A stretch of 64,000 bases of DNA, from NCBI GenBank assembly GCA_002189035.1, contig NEEC01000009.1, positions 310,001 through 374,000 on the forward strand. The letters run 5' to 3'. Source of the stretch: Utricularia gibba (taxonomy: Eukaryota > Plantae > Magnoliophyta). The position numbers were made by a program, and so were the translations under genes. This document shows, piece after piece, positions 38,364-51,686 of the stretch. A model generated the notes under the pieces. The model ran no database searches. It had not been told where the DNA came from and worked only from the letters and a program-made list of their open reading frames with translations. Every line of letters begins with the position of its first letter. Within the stretch, counting starts at the first letter, position 1.

Positions 38364-39321
38364 CCTTCAAGTGGTAACGGACTCCACGGTATGGTGCCAA
38401 AAAGCCCTCCCTATTGGCGTATCCATTGTCACATAGGTAATATGTTCCTGTGTTATCACGTATAGATGGTGCATAAAATCATTGGAGTCACATCCGCACG
38501 GGCTAAACAAGTGAATACCTGGGCATACACGGAAGCCGTCGGATCGTGAGTGTACATCGTTTAACACCCGACTATCTACAGCAGACCCCACCCACCCAGC
38601 AAACACATATATAAATTTCATTTGTTCATCACATACACCCAACACGTTGGTGGATATCATCCCTTTCCGATTTCTATACCTTGCAGCATTACATTTGTTA
38701 ACTCGTATACTGATGTATGTACCATCTATGGCCCCAACACAACCTTGCAAATGCATAATCAATTTTAGGATACACATTGGTAAAAAGAAGCATGAAAGAT
38801 GTGTCAACCTGGAAGTATTTAAACTTTCCTTCTAATGCACGTTTTGCAGCAACTACTGGGGTCTCTAATAGCACCTCATAGAGGCAAAGCACCGCATGCA
38901 ACACCTTTTGGAAGCACCGAGTCATAGTCTCGGTGCTCCTCCCATAGACATGCTTCTGCAGCCGCATTTTTTTATGATGACCTAATATTCCTAAAAATAT
39001 GCAAACCATCTCCGGAACCGTTACATATTTTCCAGTATTTAAGTTAGAACGATTTTCTAATAGGCTACACAAAATACCCAAGGCATCTCGGTTGATTCTC
39101 AAATTCTCAATGGATGTGTTATTCACATCACTCACCAACCTATTAATATACTCAACTTGTCTAGGAATCTTGTGTGTAAGTGAATACCTGCATCTCACCC
39201 TATATCCCCTACGATATTTCTTCCAATGTAAGTATACTAACACATTCATCTGCACCAAGTATTCGGCCAAAACTACTGCTGCCGCACTCAAGATGACATG
39301 ACCCTCCGTGAAAAAATTCAT
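38364..39321 (-). pseudogene. Harbinger DDE transposase of element 2, 3'-truncated
   Basis: ENLRINRD...YVTVPEMVCIFLGILGH...RSTETMTRCFQKVL; GCVGAIDGTYI...RKGMISTNVLGVCD...AGWVGSAVDSRVL; YLCDNGY...YRGVRYHLKEW, then cut off. Confidence 0.9.
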
Positions 39322-39570
39322 GTCTCCTCAACAGTCGCAAAAATCGAGCAAAATAAATCCACACACACAGCACCACGGATTCTGAAATTGGAAATTCACA
39401 AATAAAAACCCACTATTCGGTGCTGCCGTGGTTGGCCTCTCGCGGTGTTACCGTGGACCAACCCATCAAGAACAGAAAGCATACTTACCACCGGCAAATC
39501 ACGAATGTAGATTTGAGTTGTAGATCTGCGTTCAAATATAGTTCACGCGAGGGCAAAAGTGGAAGTGCCG

Positions 39571-39623
39571 AGCTGGGTTTAGCTAAACCGACCCCCCCCC
39601 CTCGGGTTTAGCTAAACCCAGCT
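39571..39623. repeat. Perfect 19-bp inverted repeat whose arms each contain a 14-bp palindrome
   Basis: AGCTGGGTTTAGCTAAACC (39571-39589) and GGTTTAGCTAAACCCAGCT (39605-39623), separated by a 15-nt C-rich loop. Confidence 0.9.
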
Positions 39624-41639
39624 TCACAGGTTCCCGCTCAGTTTATGGTCAACAGGTGGGTTTATTTTTACCCACCATAAACCTACGAACCAAACGTGGA
39701 TTTATGTCTAAAACCACGCCGCAACCCATCTAAACCCAACAACCAAACGCGCCCTAGTTGTTTCATTAAAAATGCCCAATCTTCCTCTCCTTCACTTGGT
39801 ACAAAAGCATATGCGATTGGGTATACACAATTATTAGCATTGATTGTAGCAGTGGACAATAACTTGTAATTATAACGATCATATAAATGCATAATATCAA
39901 TGCATAATACTGGTCTACAATGAGAGAAAGCATCAATAGTAAATCCAAATACCCATAATACTTTGCAAAATATATAATTTTCATTCTCGTCTACCCCAGC
40001 GTAATCCCATATCACTATCGTTCTAGGATTTGTTCGACAATGTTCCTCTAGATAACTTGGAAGTTTAGATAATGAGTCTTCTCATGTTCCATATTGTAGC
40101 TCATATGCTTTATATAAACTTGACCAACCTTGTCAATATGGAATATCATACCTCCCCAATATTCTTTTGCTATTGCAATAACATCCTTTGCTAACAAAAA
40201 AAAAATTTTGAGCACTATCATTGATAACATAAAATTTTTTATATTTTATAATAATAAAATTATGAATTTTTAATTATGTTTTAAGTATTTCTTTTATGAT
40301 TTTTAATATTTTTCCAAAATTTAGGGAATAATATGTTTTTGCATGTTAGTGGGCCAAATCTTTTGATTTAGCCTACTCTATGTTCTAACCAATTTTTGAG
40401 TCCAGCAACATGGCCTTGAAATCAGGGGAGCAAAAGAAGGATCTTGTTGAGCAGTTATTTACCCGAAGGCACATCATCAAAAAAGGAGACAATGATGCAA
40501 CTTTCGCTATAGTAGATTACAAGTCAAAGGTAAGAACAATACATTTGTCAAAAAACGTACTTAAATTGGAAAAGGTGAGAAGACGATATTTTGGAGGAGA
40601 GAGAATCACAAGAGAGAAGCAAAGAAGACAAACAAAAAAGGCTTCTTTGGGAGGCTTCAACAACAAACAATAAGGAGGAAGAAGACGTTTTTTTTCCAAA
40701 CGAAAAATCTCTAATGTGACTGATGTGAAGAACAAGATCGAAACCTAGTTGAGTGCTAATGTTTCGGGCTATGAACAGTAGTAGATGGAAAATAGATCAT
40801 TTTACTTTGTGCTTAGGTTGCTCAATATTTCGTTTTGTTGATTGTTTGTTTTACAATATCTTTAATATTCTCTCTAGTTTATAATTATGAAATCTTATTT
40901 TTGTTACCAAATATGATTGGTTAGATTTTAGGGATACCTTAAGGTGTAAAGGATAATGTGCTTTAGGGTTTGCTAGTTAGTCCACAATCTTGTGCATTCG
41001 TTTCTACATTCTACGGGTAGATCTAAGGAGGGGGAGGGGGGGGGGGGGGGAGCAAACACCATTGCAACTTAAATACTTAATTTAGAGGTAGATCAAAAAA
41101 TCAAGATGTGGGTAATAGGTAGTAGTCCTTGATAAAACTAGTAGCACTAGGTAGACTTAGTTTTATGTATTTTCCATGCAAGTAAACTTAAGTGTGAAAC
41201 GATTGATGTCATTAAGAAATTTCTTAGATTATTTGGAGTATGAAAATAAATAAATTATAGATTAGATGAGGAACTTGAATACCACATCACTTGAACTACC
41301 TTGAGTCATCATAGTGTTATTTGTACACAAAATTAGTACTTGTCACTTTTTACCTTGCATACCACAATTAGTCTGACCTTGGACTAAAAGCAATGTTTAT
41401 TCTGAAATTTGCATCTTAAGAAAAATATATAGAAACCATTAGCTCCTTGTGATTGATCCCAAAATTCTACTATGAAATTTATGTTTAATTTGTATTTTTT
41501 GAGGATTAGGACTTATAAATTTATTTAATATAAAATTTTATTTTATTACAACAATATTGACATTTCCGTTTTATCACCCATGCATAATAAGCCTTTTAAG
41601 GCAATATGAACATCTAGGCGCCCCAAAAAACCTACTTGA

Positions 41640-42366
41640 GCATCAGGTTTCCAAGCACTACACTGTCCTCTTGAGCATCAAGATAAGAAGGAGGCAACAT
41701 GTTCTCCAATACTACAATAATATTAAAGACACCTTATGTCTCACTTATTCTAATCTGATAGCAATGACAAGGTTTAAGTATCATGAGAAGTGAGAAAAGA
41801 TCATTTATGAGGATTTACAATATGCTTTTAAGTTTCTTAATTACATTAGTTACTAAATATTGAACTTTGGACTGGTTCATTAGAATGTAGCCCAATAGTT
41901 GTTGAGATATTAGAAACGCATTGGTGAGGCTGATCTTTGTGATGAAGGAACCATGTATGTTGATTCTTGTGTTCATGTTGACTTAAATCTAGTTGAGGAG
42001 TCAGAGATCAAAAGTTTTTATAATTGGACTTGTTATCATACTAATTGGGGCAAGTGTAATATTGATGTACTCACTTTAAAAGAATGTGGCACTCTCCTTC
42101 AATAAGTCGAATATATGGCTCTTACGAAGATAGGAAAGGAAGTATTGTGACTAAACAAGTTTTTAAAGGAGCTTGATCGACACAATCAAAAGATAAAGAT
42201 GCTATAACACAAACAAAGTGCAATTGCACTAAGTAAAAATGTTCTTTATCATTCTAGGACAATACATTGATGTTCAATATCATATAATTAGAGATATGTT
42301 ATAATAGGTGAAGATGAATCTATAGAAAATAGGGATAAATAATAATGTAGGGAATGTTAGGTTTCT
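41640..42366 (+). mobile_element. Decayed Ty1/copia RT/RNase H remnant
   Basis: VEYMALTKIGKEVL*LNKFLKEL...QSAIALSKNVLYHSRT (frameshift) IDVQYHIIRD. Confidence 0.7.
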
Positions 42367-42973
42367 TGTAGATATCGTATGTCCTCAGTGCAGCGGAATT
42401 TAAAATTTTTTTAGAAATCTAAACTACAGATTTTGAAATACGGTATACATCAGATAAGGTGATTTTGAAAATACCTTTCAGTGCGCTCTATTGTTCACCA
42501 ACCACCAATAGTAGGCGGCCTCTATGGTATCCACATGTAAAGCACTCCGTCGATAACCTTCTCAAGGCCACAGAATGCTGGTCTATCTTCTCAGTTGCTA
42601 GTCGAGAAAATCGCCCCTTGCAGATGAATCTTAGTGAGAATGAAGATATGAAAATCTTTGCAAATGAAATCTTTCTTATTATCTTATATAGATATTTGGT
42701 AACATATCTAATCAAATCTGTGTAAAAATCTTATCTTGTGAAGATACATATGTTCCAAATCTTATCTATATTAGATCTTATATAGTGAGTGACCTTTTAA
42801 CTTGAACCTAAATGCTTGAAAAATTTCACATTATGATCACATTATAATTTCTACAATATATAAATCAAGAATGAGATTTTATCGATGATATAAATTTGAT
42901 TACAATTCAAAGTAAATATAAAAATGTAAGATTTTACAATAAGTTGATTGTTTTTAGTATACATATATCACCA
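42367..42973 (-). mobile_element. Angela-like copia LTR, internally deleted (copy C)
   Basis: TGTAGA...CACCA termini with GCAGCGGAA near the end. 42440-42600 is homologous to 52825-52990, and the right end is homologous to 54130-54196. No TSD. Confidence 0.6.
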
Positions 42974-44447
42974 GGGGATATTGTGAGAAAACGTGTAGCG
43001 TCATCTCAATATCAACTATTGATGAAGAGAGCATGACTTGCTAAGAAGTACTAATCAAACTAAGCACATCTAACCTAGAGGAGTGATTGTAGAGAAAAAC
43101 GTGAAGTACTTACAGTTTTTGTTGTAGGATAGACATGTTTAATGAATCTTGATAAAGTTAGTGATAGTTACCGAAAATGTGGGGTGTTACTAAGATAAAA
43201 TAGGAGAGTCACTATAGTTTTGGAGGTAATAAAAACAAAGGAAATTTTATCTATGCTTTGTGAAAAGCAACTACTACGGTAGCATTATGCATTAGTTGTT
43301 GCACATGATGTGAGTTGTGGTTTTATGGAGTTGTGGTTTTATGGAGTTGTATCTCTTGTTCTTATACTATGAAACTACATAGTGAATTTTCATAATTTAG
43401 ACAATAATCCAAATTCAGGAGGTTTCTCATATTTTACATTTTATTTTTCCAAAGTTCAATGTTTTTCTTTGCATAGAAGTTGACTTATGCTTGCAAAGCA
43501 ACTTTGACCACGTTTGTTAGGTGGATATCAATTAAAATTATTTAGATTATTATGGTTTAATCAATCCCATGAATAATGGTTTAATGAGAAGCATGTATTT
43601 GGTAGATAGATTGCAATTATATGAGATTAGTAATTTGATATATTTGTTAGAAATGTCTATAAATGGGTATTTCTTACTAAATGTTAAAAATTATCTAATA
43701 TAACCTCACTATATTTAACATACTATGAGAATGTCCTCACATAGCCCTATACAAAAACAGTAATTCATTGATTGGGGATTTCAAAACCCTATTTTGCGTT
43801 GTTTCCAACATATCAAAATAATGCTATGAAGTGAATAATAGAGAAGTGTCTTCAAAACCAAACTAAAAGGCATAGATCCATAACAAATTACGAAATATCA
43901 TACAAGTACTTTGTAATACTCCCATAGATGATGCTCAACAATCTTGTTTGAGCACTCCTTTTTTAAAACTATGAACATCATAGCACTTTGTTAATAATTC
44001 TACAAAGGCCTCAAGTTTCTAGATACTAAGAAAGAGAGAAGCAACTTGACCTTCTACAACACTCTATCTTCTTGAGCACTATAGCAACAATAGAGAGCAT
44101 TCAGGTGCTATAACAGCACTTCGTGAATCCATTTCAAGTCCTTACTTTACTACAAGACATTTTTCAACTCTAATGTTTTGGTGTGTTTGCAACTTCTTCT
44201 TGCTTCAGCTTTAATGCTTACTCTTATTTTCTTTATACAAAAAAAGAACATGCATATAAGACATAAAAAACAAAGGCTTCATATTATAGATTTCTTTATA
44301 TTCTCTCTTGTTTTCTTGAAATCAACAAGGATGTATCTTCACAAGTACCTCTATCACTTAGCTATACACATAAAGTCTCAATCAACACCTAGTCTTATAA
44401 TAAAACATATTTTTGAGTGTTTAGCGATAGAAAAAGAACTCATATTT

Positions 44448-45399
44448 TGATACAAAACTCATGTTTTATTATGTATTTCTATGTTTTTGTGACTAGTATC
44501 GCAGTTGCGTCTTTAATTCCTAGTTAGGACTAAATCATAGATCTAATCCCAACTTTGGTTCTAATAATTCCCTTGAGCAATACAACATATGTCAGCAATC
44601 CATCCAAAGGAGTCATATATGAACAGTGAAGTAACAAAAGATGAGATCCAAGGCTGAAAAGGATACAAAATCCATGAAGAGGAGAAATGAAGATTTTGGA
44701 TACAAAAGGAGACAAGATGAAAAGAGAAAGAAGATCTCCACTGCTTGGAAGAACAAACACGTACTTTAGGGGAAGGGATTTCTGGAGAGAAAAACTGGCA
44801 AAAACACACAAAAGAATGAGGAAGACGATTCTTTGAAGATTTCTTCTGCTATTGAAAAATACTATTCCTAACTGAGAATAATTTTTAGTTTTCTTGTGTG
44901 AACAATTTACTGTTTATGCTTTATTATGCATCTTTTATTATTATTTAACTTTGAAACTAGAATGACGCTTAAGGTATGTCATGAAAGCATTTTATTTTCC
45001 CTTATCATAAGTAGCTAAAACACCTAGTAGTGCCTTGGGATAAAATAGTTAACAAGTTTGTTGTTCACTAAACCATATTAATCAAATATCACATTATTTC
45101 CTTACAAATAAGGATAGATCATGGAGGGGAAGTAGTAAAGTTCACTAGAATGGTTCTAATTAGAGGTAGACAAAAAATTAGGTAAAACAAAGGTTTGGAT
45201 AGACTTAAGCATTTGCTTGTTATGCGAATGATATATGATTTAAGTGGGATAATTGTAGTGATTTGCATGTTAACCTTAGGAGTCTCAAGACATCACTTAT
45301 ATCATCTTAGATACAACCAAGTTAAGCAGTTTATTGCTTTTTCTATATTGTATTTTATCGTAAATTTGCCTTAGTCCTAGTTTAGACTAAATCTATCAA
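44448..45399 (+). mobile_element. Possible degenerate gypsy-type solo LTR
   Basis: TGATA...TATCA termini and LTR-like composition, but no TSD and no second copy in the window. Confidence 0.4.
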
Positions 45400-46325
45400 T
45401 GTGACACTGATTACATGCATTGATAATCATATGACAAGCACCTGCACTTCATATTCAACTCTAATCACTATGTTCATAATTGTATTATGTTTAAATATGT
45501 AGTAGATTTATAAATTTTATTTGATAAAAGAATTTACAATATTAATGATATTGCTAAATTTTTTGTTTATCATTTTATCAACTTAGATATAAACTTCTAA
45601 GATAACATACATGTGATCTATAGTAAAAAAAAACATAAATGTAGAAATACAGTAGATCAAATATTATTTAAAATCATTTAAAAACCATCAAATTCCAAAC
45701 AGGCATTTTCGGGGAGTAGCTTGCTTCCCATTACTCAATAGGGAAATCTCTTGCACAACACTAAAGGAGCCATTGAAAGGTGACTAAAATATCAGAAACA
45801 ACGATTACCGAGCTAATGATAGAGGCAAGAACACTATCCGGCCAAGTGAACTTCCTCAAGCTGGAAATAATCAAAATGAAGACAGACATACAGAAAGATG
45901 ACTGATCACTATCCAAAATAGGCTTAGCCTCTTCCTCGTTTCTCATCCTAATCTCTGTCAATAATATTGCCTTAGCCCTGTCATACCATATAAACTAAAG
46001 GAGTTCGTCATTTATTGACGGATTTTTCTGGATTTGGACGAAAAAGAAATTCGAAATGACTGCTCACAACCATTTTTTGAATTTCTTTTTTTCTTATGAA
46101 ATACAACAACGACGTGTTGATAGCTCTCTTCTGCCCGTAGAAGTTGACATCAAGCTATTGCTCTTTTATTTGCACCGACCGGAAGGTTCGAAGACCTCTC
46201 CCTATCGCCGGAGCTTTGAAGAACTCGATCGAAAGGGAGAGGAACCAATTGAATCCCTCTTCCTATCGGTCGCATTTTTCTAGTTTGCATTTTTTCCCCC
46301 GAACATTCGAGAATGCAGCAGCATG

Positions 46326-48231
46326 CATGCTATGGATGTGGGAGCATCAACTCCGTTCCTATGGGCTTTTGTGTTGGAAGTATGCTCAAAAGCCATGTAA
46401 TTTAGCATCCCATAATTGTTGTTCTCTCTTTTACGGCAATGTCCAGAATTATATGTTTGGAGAATGTATTTTTAAGTTGTTAAAAGTATTCGATAGATTC
46501 TCCTGTAACATGTATATTCGAATGGTTCACAGTTTGAATACTTTGATTGGGCATCATAGTTGGCTTAACTGTCACCTCTGTTTATTTTACTGTGTTGATA
46601 AAGTGTTTATCAAGATACAGTAGGCAATGAGTCGAATGTTGCTTGACATGAGATGTCAGAATAAACATGTGGGGGCTCATGAGATGAGCTGGCCGAACAT
46701 GTGACGCTGAATAACATATGCATGATATTTTACATATGTCAACACAATGTTATTCAGATTGCTTTATGGAAATCCTTCGACTTGAGGTTTCATTGTGTCT
46801 TATATATTATTGTCTTAGATTTGTTACTATTTAGGCTTGTTGAAATATACAAGTCAGCGATAGTAATGGTCTAAGTTGATAGTATATGAAGATCTTTGAA
46901 TAACCAAGATGGGATTCGTTACTCCGGGTAAACGGAGATGAGACTTCAGATTTCCTGATTGTTTCGTCGGGTAAATTCCTGGCCAGGTTGTCGAGATGTT
47001 GGAATGAGATTCCAAGTTCTCGTTTTTCCTTCGAAACATGTGTTCAGGAGAATGTTGATGATCTAGATTAAATGGAATTTGGCTATCCATGATTCCATTC
47101 TAGATCGAAATCTTCAATGAAGGGATATTCATAAGAATAGCAATCGAGGTTCTTCATTGAATATCGTATTCAGTTTTAATCGGGTAAATACAATATGCTA
47201 TGCTAGACATCCCTTGTATTTTATGAGAAACACGATATCTTGGGACAATATCGTTGTTAGAGAAATGAGATTTCTCACCTCTCATTGTCGATTAAAAATG
47301 AACCTAGTAAGTCACACACACAAAGATTAGAAGTTGTCCGAAACGCTTGTGATTCGGGTTTTGGTAGACTCTAGCATGTCTTTAAATTTGGATCACATGT
47401 TGGTTAAACATTTGGTTATATGGGCTCAGGCCCATATAGATAACCAAGGCCCAAATAATATGGGCTGACGATTTGGGCCGATAGGCCCAACCCCATATTC
47501 TTTAAGCCCAAGCCCATATTTATTAGCCACATTGAAAAGCATGTCGCATTAAAATGCGTGCCAATTCTTGGCTATGAATAGGAGGCAGTTGGCTTATTTC
47601 CTAAGGTTTTTGAGTTCTTTCGGGAAGAGGTATTCAAGCTCCGAAAGAGGAAAAGCACTTTAGGAAGAAACGAGACCGGTGAATAGCGATACGAAGAAGA
47701 GAACTCGACTCTGGTTTCGAGTTTGGTAATTTTTCTCCGCTTATTCCACGTGTTTCTTCTGTATTGATAGTCAGTTCAAATATGAGATATTAGTATTGGC
47801 TTTACTGTGTTTTCCCAATATGCCGATTCAAGAGTTGAATCAAGTCTTGGTGCAAATATGAGATATTGGCAACAGATGAATGTTTATTACATGAGATGGT
47901 TTAAACATATTTTGGGCAAAATGTATGTGATACATTTGTTGGTTTCACCTAGTTGGATTTATTTCTAGTTCGTGTGGACGAGCTAGAGGCATCGTTGCTT
48001 TGGTACTACAAGCGATATGAGATATCGCTGGTTACGAAAAGGGAAAATTTTTGTTTTTCCCACCTTCCGCTGCGCGTAACCCAACATTTTGAGGAGCGGG
48101 AGAAATTGTTGGAATTCTATGAAAGAGTCTCGGGAACCAGGATGCATGCCAGTTTCATGCGACCAGGTGGAGTGGCACAAGATTTGCCTCTTGGCTTATG
48201 TCGAGATATTGATTCCTTCACACAACAATTT
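46326..48231 (+). pseudogene. nad7: Mitochondrial-derived insertion (NUMT): nad7 fragment split by a solo LTR
   Basis: 46326-46371 encodes HAMDVGASTPFLWAF; 48087-48231 continues [48 protein letters not shown]. The two parts are contiguous once the LTR and one TSD copy are removed. Confidence 0.92.
46372..48086 (+). mobile_element. Angela-like copia solo LTR (1715 bp)
   Basis: TGTTGGAAG...TTCCGCTGCGCGTAACCCAACA with a perfect TSD TTTTG (46367-46371, 48087-48091). GGCCC-rich U3 and TATA-like CTATGAATAGG near 47572. Confidence 0.93.
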
Positions 48232-49658
48232 TCTCACTCATGCTTTCATGGGAACAAGGAATAAGCGGTCTCATCTGCTGTTGCCGATCTGATCTTTTCT
48301 TTCCTGCATGTAGACGAGACTAAGAAGACTTTATCTTCCGCGGTTAGATCTATACATAATCTTTTTGGAATACCTGTCGCAAGGTAAACAGGAGTTGGAG
48401 GCTCAAGATAAATGATACCGGCGCAAGGTAAGTCAATTCTTTAGTTTATGGTAGGATCCCGAGTGCCATCGATTTCTCTACCGGAGATGCGGAGTGCTCT
48501 AGGAGTGTCCACCAGTAAATCAGGTGATGAGAAGACAGTCATGATATATTTCGAATATGTATAAACAGTTGTAAAAACTAGTGTAAATAATAGACTCGAA
48601 TCCAATTTCTTATGAACTATGAGTCCGTTCTGCAATTTGAAGCTATGTTCATATTATGTAAAATTGAATCAATTTTAAGATTATGTGAAAGTAGTTAGTT
48701 TGAGATTATAAAACTATTTTATGGTGTAATATAAAATTATATTATAAAAAAAAATATATTATAAATTTTAATATATTAAATTACATAAGTTAATATTATG
48801 ATATAAATGTATTTTTAAAATAGATAAAAAAAATTTATAGTATAATTTTTTCAATTAATCTCTTATTTAATATTTGAAATAGAAATTTAAAAAATTCAAC
48901 AATTTTTTAAATTAATCATAAAATATGAATCTCTTATTTTACAATTAAATATTATAATTTTTAAAAATTAAACAGAATTACTTCAAAGAAAATTCAACTT
49001 AAAGAACATGCCCTATATTACCTAAATTCAAATTGATTTTTTTTTTATCAAGAGTGAATTTAGATCTATTATTCTTATTTTTATGTAAATAATGTTAATA
49101 AATTAAGTATATAATATAATATTATATATACGTATAAATGCATATGTTATTTAAAATTAATAATACAAATTTGTCATCCAATAAAAAAACAATTAAGATT
49201 TAAATTGTTAATATTTAGAATATAATGCAAAAATAGAAAAAATTTAATCCATTCGTATCCAAAATCAAACTAAATCTCATTAAAAATCGAAATCAATTAA
49301 TCTACCAAATTTGAATAGAAATCAATTACCGAAATATTTAATCGAGTTCGATTCCAAGTTTATATTAACCCAATCCACTAACATCCCTCCACAAACATAA
49401 ATTAAATGATGCCGATGTTGGACCACCACAGCCATTGAGTTCATAGTTCAAGAGCATATACATAACATCCAGTTTGCATAAAGGATACGATGGTTCACAA
49501 AAAATGAGACTTTATTTCCACCAATGATGTGTGTATCTTACAACTCGAGAAGAGTAAATGTTTATAGAATAAATAAGATGTGACTTGAAAAGAAAATAAA
49601 ACAATGATCAAGACCTGTAGCACTGCGCAGACCACCAGATGATGAAGCAGCCCAAAAC

Positions 49659-51686
49659 TTACTCACTAGGAGCTGAAGGAGAATCACAGAAAACAACTGT
49701 TTGATGGCATCTAAGGACGGATTGGCGTATTGCTTTGATTCCCCTAAAGAAAGATTTATTGCATGGGACTTCCGTACCATCAACAACCTGGAAAATAACG
49801 CAATGGGTTAGCTGGAAAACACATCCCGTATTACCAGTGAGAGAAGGTATGAAGGAAGATGATAAAATATATCAAAATCGTTAAGAGTTACCATCAAGAA
49901 AATCTGAGATATGTCAACAGCGTCTACTCGGAGAAGCTCCATTAAGCTCTCAGGTGTGCTGACGAGAAACTCTGGTTCAACTTCCCTTAAACTGCCACAT
50001 TCAACTATATAATGTAAGAAAACTATGGGTCGTTAGGCCACCTTACTAATGCCTATTAAACCTTACTAAATAAAAGTCCTGCAAACTCGTTTGGTTCATA
50101 AGAAATTTTAGAAGTGTTGGTTCAAAGGTTGAGAGCACTAAGATTTAGAATTTTTTTTCTTTACGCCCCCTCAAATTTTTAAAAGTTAAAACCAGTATTT
50201 CTTACATTTCTTCTGCCTTAATATTTAGAAACCTGTATTAATGCTTTACGCAGAAAATGCCCAAAACAAACAAACATCAGCAAATGGCAGGGGGCTGACC
50301 TATGAATTTGATGATCAAGTGAAGCTCCAGAATGCAAAATCAATGTCTCTATCCCAGCCACCTTGAGAGGCTGGCAAATCTTGTGCGCCTGATTAAATCA
50401 AAAAACCAAAAGGTTATTCTTCGAAATTTAAAAATTTTTCCAAATGAATTTCACAAGGATTAAAACATAAGACTTTTATTCCCAAAAACCAACCTTTTCA
50501 ACCTTTTCTCGTGATGGCACTAGATATAGAAGAAATGGGCTATTGAAAGATATGCCCTGCTTCTCTTTCATTGAAATGGTTTCAGCAGCAGCAGAAAGAA
50601 CCCATGCAATTTTCCCCGTGATATCAGCTGTAGTAAATTCCAATACATCTACACCGCTGTTGTGACAATTCCAAAAATCCAGTCCCCATACGTTTGCAAA
50701 CAACGGTAGGCAGCAGTCAGAACTAAGGATTCCATTTTTCTGCAAGTCGTGCTGAATATAGTCGAGACATAATGTCAAAAACTTCGTTGGACCAGACATA
50801 TTCCTCTCAGGGTCATGGTCATTACAAGAAATATTAGAATCATCCCGTATAATGATCTGTCGGGTTGATCTCCCTATATTTACAGCAATCTCTGGGCCCA
50901 ACAAACCAATATACATTGTCAATAATTCCAAGTTCCCCTTTTCTGCTTTCACAACCTGAAAAGTACCAATGCAGCATGCTTAGGCTCTTTTTGTTGAAAA
51001 AACAAGAAAGAAACACGCAAGGCAATAACTTTGGAGAGAATGAAAACGAGAGAATCCGAAAGACATAGATTGTGATAATCACATCAAATTAAACGGATCC
51101 TAGTAGAAAAAAAAAAGGTACCGTTTTGAGCATCAAAGTAGCCTCTTTAGAACCTTGATTCTGATTGCGTGTCTCTGCCTCTTCAGGAACAAGAGTACCC
51201 TTTCTTGAACTGACAACGTTGCGGTTCATGGAACTCTTTAGACGTCTTTTCCTTTTACCTAATCGACGTGTTTTCAGCTGTATATCACTGTAAATTCTGT
51301 GCCCTGAGCATGAACAGGCAACCAGAATTAATAAAGACCAAGAAAAGAAATCAAGACATCTAAGTAAGTTCGAGAAAACATTGGCCCAATCACCAAAACT
51401 TAATCAAAGCAAGATTTTCAGTCACATTGCCACCTAGCACCAAAAAGACCACATCACATTGGATTGAACAATCGGATTTAGGCACCCAAAAGGATAGCGA
51501 TTCCAAACACAAAGATTGGAGAGTAAGAGATTATACAAATGTGGTAGATTATCGATTGAGAAAAAACTTCCAGCAATACGAAAAAAACACTTCCTCCGCA
51601 GGGAAACATGAAAAATAACCTGCAAAAAACGACCTTTTTCCGGTCCCACAGGTGCGAAGAAAACGATGTGTGAAGCAGCCGCCCAT
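49659..51686 (-). CDS. DEAD-box-helicase-like P-loop protein, shortened (342 aa), 6 exons
   Basis: Exons 51686-51620, 51303-51122, 50955-50494, 50388-50300, 49991-49892, 49787-49659 join to 1029 nt in frame. Motifs KFLTLCL...PLFANVWGLDFW...SPFLLYLVPSREK...HSGASLDHQI...EPEFLVSTPE...VVDG resemble a plant helicase-like family (At2g28600-type, from memory). Confidence 0.7.

Larger units (their letters stand above)
35346..39754. mobile_element. PIF/Harbinger element 2 (Myb/SANT ORF +, transposase -), internally rearranged
   Basis: Perfect 15-bp TIRs GGGCGCGTTTGGTTG / CAACCAAACGCGCCC, flanked by TAA (35343-35345) and TAG (39755-39757). AAACCC/GGGTTT-rich subterminal regions. Confidence 0.92.
29450..40200 (-). 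mobile_element. Decayed Mutator-like (MULE) transposase, split by the 9.7-kb double Harbinger insertion
   Basis: Right part (39755-40200): NPRTIVIW...CKVLWVFGFTIDAFSHCRPVLCID...NANNCVYPIAYAFVPSEGEEDWAFLMKQL. Left part resumes at 30011 in frame: LDIYVIHGR*GVCLISDRESGLL. Outer boundaries approximate. Confidence 0.75.

Noticed and set aside
40410-41500. Possible Athila pol end and 3' region, including the G-run at ~41031-41050
   Set aside because: Similarity is too faint to assign by eye. The G homopolymer alone is not evidence of function.
43311-43349. 16-bp tandem repeat GAGTTGTGGTTTTATG, about 2.4 copies
   Set aside because: An ordinary slippage duplication within TE-like DNA.
47953-48264. 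103-aa ORF fusing LTR sequence to nad7, resembling a CMS-type chimeric gene
   Set aside because: It starts at TTG right after an in-frame TAG and has no upstream ATG. It is chance read-through from the LTR U5 into the NUMT.
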